Assembly (NCBI GenBank): GCA_046485165.1
Contig: JAWOHM010000029.1
Location: forward strand, 1-11,496
Source: Thermoplasmata archaeon
Lineage (GTDB): Archaea; Thermoplasmatota; Thermoplasmata; SG8-5
Direction: 5' to 3'
DNA: 11,496 bases
Shown here: piece by piece, positions 6,506 to 11,496 of the stretch
Numbering within the stretch: position 1 is the first letter of the stretch
Layout of the letters: each line of letters opens with the position of its first letter
The notes under the pieces: model-generated
The model's input: only the letters and a program-made list of their open reading frames with translations
What the model was told of the DNA's origin: nothing
The model's database searches: none
Made by a program: the position numbers and the translations under genes

Positions 6506-7039
6506 ATGACTGACTTGAGGGACAAGGTGGAATCTGACCGCGGCATCATCAAGATGATACAGCTGGTCATACCGGGCTACAGGGGATACAGGATAAAGGA
6601 GGACCTGAGGATAGCGGACAGGCTGCTCAGGGAGGAGCTGGCGAACAGGCTGGGCGTTGCCGAGAAGGGCTTCGAGGGCGCGAGGAAGGCCATTGCGAAG
6701 CGCAATGCCATCGACCTGATAGAGGACATCGGCGAATTGGTCATCAGGACCCACACGGCAATCGACAGGCTGAGGCATGCTGAGCAGGGATACACGGGCA
6801 TATCCCCGGACTACCGCATCAAGGAAGCGGAACTGAACAACATGTACGAGTGGGACCTCAGGCTGCTGAACCTCATCGAAGGGCTGATGAAGATAGCCAA
6901 CAACCTGAAGGACACTGCCAGGACCATGCCGGAACCGGACATCGCCCTGGAGTTGACGAACGCCATCCAGGCCATCGAGGATTACGAGACTATATTCGAC
7001 CAGAGAAGGGAGGCCTTCGCCGGCCTCACGATAGGGTGA
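6506..7039 (+). CDS. Hypothetical alpha-helical / coiled-coil protein of about 177 aa.
   Basis: The start at 6506 is preferred because GGAGG at 6494-6498 gives ideal ribosome-binding-site spacing. The ATG at 6500 in the track is an in-frame alternative. The sequence is rich in Arg/Glu/Leu heptad-like segments. I recognise no family with confidence. Confidence 0.6.
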   Translation: MTDLRDKVESDRGIIKMIQLVIPGYRGYRIKEDLRIADRLLREELANRLGVAEKGFEGARKAIAKRNAIDLIEDIGELVIRTHTAIDRLRHAEQGYTGISPDYRIKEAELNNMYEWDLRLLNLIEGLMKIANNLKDTARTMPEPDIALELTNAIQAIEDYETIFDQRREAFAGLTIG

Positions 7040-7043
7040 TAAC

Positions 7044-8183
7044 ATGGTATTCAGCAGAGGAAGGAGCAAGGACGGGGACGTTGCCAGGAACACATACACC
7101 TGGCCCAATGAGTACAAGGGCGAGAACATAATGTACAGGCTGCCCACGAACATCTATTACAACGACAACATCATCGTCATGGAGGACGAGTTCGCGGTGT
7201 TCCTGAGGGACGGGAAGGCCATGCATGTGTTCGACCAGGCCGGGCGCTACGCGCTCACAACCCAGAACGTGCCGATACTCAGGGAGATATTGCCAAAGCT
7301 CACCGGCGTCAAACAGCTGGGAGAGGTTTACTATATCCAGAGGCGCGAGCTGAGGGGAAAGTTCGGCACACCGGAGCCGCTGACATTCAGGGACGCGGAT
7401 TTCGGCCTAGTCCGATTGAGGGTGTTCGGCCAGTTCTCCTACAAGGTGGTGGAGCCGATGCTGTTCATCACGCAGTTCGTGGGCACCAGGGGCTGGTCCG
7501 GCTCGGACGAGGTCATAGAATGGCTGAGGAGCGAGCTCATCCAGAGCGTCAACGATGTCCTGGGCGAGCTGAAGAGGGACAAGAACATGGCAGTCGTGGA
7601 CATGCCGGCCTATGTCAATGAGATTGAGCAGCTCATCCTGGGCAAGATAGACAACGAGGCGAAGAGGTACGGCCTTGACATAACCAATCTGGCTGGCATC
7701 ACAATCACACCGCCTCCGGAAGTGCAGGCTGCAATCGATCGCAGGGGAGCGATGGGCGCCCTTGGCGTCAATTACATGGAATACCAGACCGGAAAGGCCA
7801 TCGAGGGCGTGGGCGAGGGCGCGGCCAAGGGCGGCGGGAATGCGACCGCCGCAATGGCTGGCCTGGGAGCCGGCGCCGGCATTGGCATCGGCATGGGCGG
7901 AGCCATGGGCCAGGGCATGCAGCAGGGCAGTTCCCAGAAGCAGGTCATGGTGAAATGCCAGGAGTGCGGCGCGCTTGTCGCGGAGGACGCAAAATTCTGC
8001 AAGGAATGCGGCAAATCCATGGTGAAAGCCGGCACCGTTAAATGCCCGAAGTGCGGCGATGCCAATACTCCAGATGCAAAATTCTGCGATGAGTGCGGCG
8101 CGCCAATGAAGGTCAAGTGCCCGAAGTGTGGTAAGGAACAGGCCGGGGCGAAGTTCTGCAATGAGTGCGGAACGCAGTTGTAA
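7044..8183 (+). CDS. SPFH/Band-7-like protein (Band_7_1, YdjI-like). It has a Gly/Met/Ala-rich linker and three C-terminal zinc-ribbon repeats (KCPKCG...AKFCxECG).
   Basis: The N-terminal region resembles B. subtilis YdjI. A low-complexity G/M/A/Q linker is followed by zinc ribbons, as in YdjI. The ribosome-binding site is GGTGA. Confidence 0.65.
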   Translation: MVFSRGRSKDGDVARNTYTWPNEYKGENIMYRLPTNIYYNDNIIVMEDEFAVFLRDGKAMHVFDQAGRYALTTQNVPILREILPKLTGVKQLGEVYYIQRRELRGKFGTPEPLTFRDADFGLVRLRVFGQFSYKVVEPMLFITQFVGTRGWSGSDEVIEWLRSELIQSVNDVLGELKRDKNMAVVDMPAYVNEIEQLILGKIDNEAKRYGLDITNLAGITITPPPEVQAAIDRRGAMGALGVNYMEYQTGKAIEGVGEGAAKGGGNATAAMAGLGAGAGIGIGMGGAMGQGMQQGSSQKQVMVKCQECGALVAEDAKFCKECGKSMVKAGTVKCPKCGDANTPDAKFCDECGAPMKVKCPKCGKEQAGAKFCNECGTQL

Positions 8184-8281
8184 GAGCCCCGGTCCAACTG
8201 CCTGCAAGGGCATTGAATCCTGGCTACCGTCCAACCAAAGGACCGCACCCCGGCACCGGCCATACCGTCAAATCTACAATA

Positions 8282-9241
8282 TCACAGCTTCAGCTCGTAG
8301 TGGACGTTCTCCTGCTCCACCCTGTAGCCCATGGAAAGGTATAGTGAAAGGGCTTTGCTGTTCTGGGCCTCCATGCCCAGGTACAATATGTCCATGCCCT
8401 GCCCGCGGAGCCATGTCATAGAGTCAGTCAGCAACGCGCGGCCCAGCCCCAGCCGCCTGTGGGGTTTCTTCACGCCGAGGATGTTGGTCCATCCCGCCTT
8501 CTTGTTGTTCTGCTCGTTGTATCTCAATTCGATCGCGTAAAAACAGACGCCCGCAATCTCCCCGCCCTTGGTGGTTGTGGTGAGCCAGTATATGCCATCC
8601 TTCGCTTTGATGGTCTCGTCCCTGACCTTGATGAACCTGTCCTCGGGGATGGCTGAGAAATTCCAATGGTCCTGAAAGGAATCATTGAATGCCCTGATGA
8701 ACTCCTTCAATTCATCGTCAGAGCATTCCAGCATGTTCTTTCTGGATAGGGAGTATCCATCAGGCAACGCCGGGGTTGGGCTGGAAAGGGGCTTGTCGCA
8801 TATCATCAGGTAGCCATGCCTTATGTCCTTCATTCCCTGCCTGATTGCGAAATCGTTTCTCCAGCCGGATGGCTCGGGTGCCCAATACCTGAGGGATTCG
8901 ATGCCTCTGGCTCTGAGATATTCTGCGGTTAGATTGAAAATGTGCTCCTCGATGCCCTTGCCCCTCAATTCCGGAACAATGAACAAACTCACCTGCGCAT
9001 CCTTGATGCCGCTCTCGAATCTGGATTTTGATATCATGGAACCACCGAAGGCCACCGGGGTGTCACCGTCAAACCCAATCAGGTAGCCGGCAGGGTCGAA
9101 GTCCTTCTCCCCGAACAGCCAGGTGCGCATGTTCTCCACTGTATCCTCAACGTGGTGCCTCAGTTCTCTTGTGCTGCGATTGATGACATCTATCATGGCC
9201 TCCGCATCGGCCTCGGTCGGATGGCGGTACTCAATGTCCAT
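8282..9241 (-). CDS. GNAT-family N-acetyltransferase with two tandem acetyltransferase domains.
   Basis: Duplicated acetyl-CoA-binding-like motifs (e.g. RGKGIEEHIF... and RRLGLGRALL). The start at 9241 (MDIEYRHPTEADAEAM) is preferred, because the in-frame upstream extension to 9340 runs through the repeat-rich intergenic region. Confidence 0.8.
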   Translation of the reverse strand: MDIEYRHPTEADAEAMIDVINRSTRELRHHVEDTVENMRTWLFGEKDFDPAGYLIGFDGDTPVAFGGSMISKSRFESGIKDAQVSLFIVPELRGKGIEEHIFNLTAEYLRARGIESLRYWAPEPSGWRNDFAIRQGMKDIRHGYLMICDKPLSSPTPALPDGYSLSRKNMLECSDDELKEFIRAFNDSFQDHWNFSAIPEDRFIKVRDETIKAKDGIYWLTTTTKGGEIAGVCFYAIELRYNEQNNKKAGWTNILGVKKPHRRLGLGRALLTDSMTWLRGQGMDILYLGMEAQNSKALSLYLSMGYRVEQENVHYELKL

Positions 9242-9281
9242 GAGACCGGGGTATTCTCTCCGGAATAAAATAATTGCCGGA

Positions 9282-9420
9282 GGATTGGCGATTTTAGATT
9301 TAGGGATTTTAGATTTTAGATATAACGAGCTGGCCGTCAATTACGGCCAGCTAATCTAACCACTTGGCAGGCGATTTCCTGGCACAAATCTACAATCTAA
9401 AATCGAAAATCTACAATAGC
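9282..9420. promoter_or_regulatory. Repeat-rich intergenic region containing arrays of GATTTTAGAT, a perfect hairpin agctggccg-tcaatta-cggccagct, and inverse copies ATCTAAAATC / AAATCTACAAT.
   Basis: Read directly in the sequence. It lies between the htpX stop and the GNAT start on the minus strand. On the minus strand the T-rich tagattt tracts could act as an archaeal terminator, and the stretch could also hold GNAT promoter elements. Confidence 0.4.
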
Positions 9421-9443
9421 AGAAGCAAACATATTCCAGCAAG

Positions 9444-10481
9444 CTAAATCCGCTTGTAAATATCCCCGCCAATCCCGCCGTGCTTCAGGTCCTTCTCCAT
9501 CTCCTTGAGGTTCTGGATGCGCTTGAATGTGGACGGGTGGGTGGACGCGACCTCGCTGTGGCGCCGGCGCTTTGCCTCCTCCTCCATGGCCAGCATCAGC
9601 TCCTTCTCGTCCAGGACGCCGTCGCCGTCCAGGTCGTACCTGTTCTTGTTCTGCATGATGGACCCTATCTCCTTCTTGGCGGACAGGGGATCGCCTATGT
9701 AGAACGAACGCGCTGCGCCGGGCTGGTCCTTGGATATTGAAAGGCCATAAGTAATCTTGGCCAGGGCGGAGCTGAGGCTGTGCGGGTCGTTGGTCGCCAC
9801 TGCGGAGAAAGCGTCGGCGTAAAACTCCCTCTGCCTGGAGAGTCTGAGTATCATGAGCTGGGAGATGACATAAACGGCAAAGCCGATGAGGGCTGCGACG
9901 ATTATCGCCCCGCCTGAGTTCCGGCTGCGGCCCCCGCCGCTCCACAGCACCGAGCGGGCCAGCATGTACGCCAGAATGGGGACGACGCTGACCACGGTCA
10001 TGATGGCCATGTCGTTGTGCTTTATGTGGCCTATCTCATGCGCCAGAACGCCCTTTATCTCGTCCTTGTTGAGCTGCTCCAGCAGGCCGACGTGCACTGC
10101 CAGTGTCGCCGAGTTCTTGGAACGGCCGAACACGAATGCGTTGGGGCTTCTGTCCGGGGAGACGGCCAGCGCAGGCATCGGGACCCCGGACTTCTGGCAC
10201 AGCTCCCTCACGGCGTTCTCGAGAAACGGATTTTCTCCGGGCTTCAGGTATCTGAGCCGGGAGGACCAGCGGATTATGCCGGGGGAGATGGCCCACTGGA
10301 ACAGGACGAAGAGGGTGGTGATGAATATTATCACGATTATCTGGAACCAGAAAGGGATGAAGGCTCCGGCCATGTACCACTGGATGAGCGTGCTTATGAC
10401 AATCAGAAGGGCGAAAAGCATGCCGAATATGAGAATCAGTGTCAGAGCCATGCTCCGCTTCAGCGCCCCAAGCGATGCCAT
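9444..10481 (-). CDS. htpX: HtpX-family M48 zinc metalloprotease (HEIGH motif, multi-transmembrane) with a C-terminal EF-hand-like calcium-binding loop (DLDGDGVLDEKE).
   Basis: The motif AHEIGHIKHND, N-terminal transmembrane helices, and a canonical 12-residue EF-hand loop near the C-terminus. Confidence 0.85.
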   Translation of the reverse strand: MASLGALKRSMALTLILIFGMLFALLIVISTLIQWYMAGAFIPFWFQIIVIIFITTLFVLFQWAISPGIIRWSSRLRYLKPGENPFLENAVRELCQKSGVPMPALAVSPDRSPNAFVFGRSKNSATLAVHVGLLEQLNKDEIKGVLAHEIGHIKHNDMAIMTVVSVVPILAYMLARSVLWSGGGRSRNSGGAIIVAALIGFAVYVISQLMILRLSRQREFYADAFSAVATNDPHSLSSALAKITYGLSISKDQPGAARSFYIGDPLSAKKEIGSIMQNKNRYDLDGDGVLDEKELMLAMEEEAKRRRHSEVASTHPSTFKRIQNLKEMEKDLKHGGIGGDIYKRI

Positions 10482-10524
10482 GAAAAAGGTTTATACCCAT
10501 CGGACTTATATTCTTATCGGTAAA
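10482..10524. promoter_or_regulatory. Compact divergent promoter region. tttataccc is a TATA-like box for the + gene, and aatataag on the opposite strand is a candidate for htpX.
   Basis: The TATA-like motifs resemble those upstream of tnpA (cttatatacc) and rpa (cttttatacc). They sit roughly -25/-30 from the respective start codons. Confidence 0.35.
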
Positions 10525-11235
10525 ATGCCTGAAATAGTCCAGAAACTGAGCTGCCCTGATTGCGGGGGACCGCTGAAGGTCCAGGCAGGCGACGCCATAG
10601 TGACCTGTGGTTACTGCGGTTCGGATGTCAACCTCGCGGTCGGCTCGAAATATTTTCTCAAGCACAGCATCATCCCGCCGAAGATAGGCCTCGATTCCAT
10701 TGACGCTGTGATTAAGGCTTGGATGGGCAGCGGCTTCCTCAAGCCGGATGACCTGGCCAGGAAGCACAGGGTGGTGAGCAAGGAACTGCAGATCCTGCCG
10801 CTGTTCATAGTCAATGCGATTGCCAAATCCGAGTACCAGGGAGAGCTGACCAGGACTGGATACCCGACGCCAAAAAGCGGGACCCTGGAAAAAGAGTATT
10901 ACTGGAAGGTGCTGGGCAGGCGGGCTTCCGCATTCCCCACCAGGGCATACGAGGTGCCGCTGGCCGCCAAGGCGGATTTCGAGATATCCAGGCTGGTCCC
11001 GGGGGCGAATTTCCTCAATTCCGAGATGGACGAGGCCGAGGCCATAAACATCGCCAAGCAGGAGATGGAAGCACATCACAGGTTCCTGCTGGAGAAGGAG
11101 CTGGATGTCATCTCCAGCCTGAGCACTTCATATGATGTCAGGAACACGGAGTTCCTTCACGTTCCGGCATGGTTCATCACCTACCAGTACAACGGGAAGA
11201 TGTACAATCTGATTCTGGACGGCGCGACTGGCTAG
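10525..11235 (+). CDS. Hypothetical protein of 236 aa with an N-terminal zinc ribbon (CPDCGG...CGYCGS). No family recognised.
   Basis: Long ORF with a CxxC...CxxC N-terminus. The start at 10525 is chosen because the upstream in-frame ATG at 10480 overlaps the htpX start codon on the other strand. The track's start at 9886 is antisense to htpX and is rejected. Confidence 0.55.
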   Translation: MPEIVQKLSCPDCGGPLKVQAGDAIVTCGYCGSDVNLAVGSKYFLKHSIIPPKIGLDSIDAVIKAWMGSGFLKPDDLARKHRVVSKELQILPLFIVNAIAKSEYQGELTRTGYPTPKSGTLEKEYYWKVLGRRASAFPTRAYEVPLAAKADFEISRLVPGANFLNSEMDEAEAINIAKQEMEAHHRFLLEKELDVISSLSTSYDVRNTEFLHVPAWFITYQYNGKMYNLILDGATG

Positions 11236-11300
11236 GATGTGAAGGCCGACATTCCCCAGAAGGGCAAGGGCCTGCTGGGCGGGCTTTTCGGAGGCTGAAG

Positions 11301-11489
11301 ATGTCAGAGAAACTGTTGCAGCACAAGCATTGCAGGAACTGCGAGAGGGCCATCAACCTGAAGGACGATTACTGCGGCCCGGAATGCCAGGCCCAGCACC
11401 AGACGATGCTGAGAAGGAAGCGCAACCAGTTGTACATACTCATGGCCATAGCCATGGGCCTGATGCTGGTGACGCTGATGATAGGTTGA
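11301..11489 (+). CDS. Small zinc-ribbon membrane protein of 62 aa with the HKHC..C...CGPEC motif, a basic stretch and a C-terminal transmembrane helix. It looks DUF2116-like.
   Basis: GGAGG lies 8 nt upstream of the ATG. The CxxC/CxxxC pair is followed by a hydrophobic helix. The track's start at 11169 overlaps the previous gene out of frame and is rejected. Confidence 0.5.
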   Translation: MSEKLLQHKHCRNCERAINLKDDYCGPECQAQHQTMLRRKRNQLYILMAIAMGLMLVTLMIG

Positions 11490-11496
11490 ACATGAC

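Noticed and set aside
6179-7153. 324-aa minus ORF, plus 7407..8234 and 7772..8263 minus ORFs
   Set aside because: They are antisense to the membrane-protein, helical-protein and SPFH genes. They give Gly/Ala/Pro-rich translations typical of GC-rich antisense frames.
9282-9420. Possible CRISPR or mini-array from the repeated GATTTTAGAT units
   Set aside because: The units are only ~10 bp, irregularly spaced and partly inverted, and lack the unique spacers of CRISPR-length repeats. Terminator or binding-site repeats are more likely.
9886-10524. N-terminal 213-codon extension of the zinc-ribbon ORF (track start 9886)
   Set aside because: It is entirely antisense to htpX. The real start is most likely at 10525 (or 10480), which has a TATA-like box upstream.
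11169-11300. Longer start (11169) for the last small ORF
   Set aside because: It overlaps the preceding gene out of frame. An ATG at 11301 with GGAGG 8 nt upstream gives a coherent DUF2116-like zinc-ribbon protein.

Overview
The window looks like a GC-rich archaeal (probably euryarchaeal) chromosomal segment. I infer this from TATA-like boxes about 25-30 nt upstream of several start codons, GGTGA/GGAGG ribosome-binding sites inside operons, and an RPA-type single-strand-binding protein. The left part, about 1-1240, is compositionally different (AT-rich). It holds a partial secreted-protein gene and two tandem ~280-bp structured repeats. A structured noncoding region (1240-1740) precedes a DUF4258 / zinc-ribbon-AbrB toxin-antitoxin pair. 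Directly after the antitoxin gene comes a tandem array of three ~225-bp, four-hairpin IS200/IS605-type end units. One complete Y1 (HuH) transposase gene tnpA lies between units A and B. Each unit begins with AGTTGAATGC, which supplies the last Ser codon plus TGA to the ORF upstream of it. A displaced 3' fragment of that upstream gene (antitoxin or tnpA) sits just after the first two units. Downstream are a translationally coupled RPA1-like/RPA2-like pair and a small-membrane-protein / helical-protein / SPFH (Band_7_1, YdjI-like) operon with triple zinc ribbons. On the minus strand are a double-GNAT acetyltransferase flanked by 12-bp direct repeats and an HtpX M48 protease with an unusual C-terminal EF-hand. 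A zinc-ribbon protein and a DUF2116-like small zinc-ribbon membrane protein close the window. Many long ORFs in the supplied track are antisense or out-of-frame artefacts of high GC and are rejected below.
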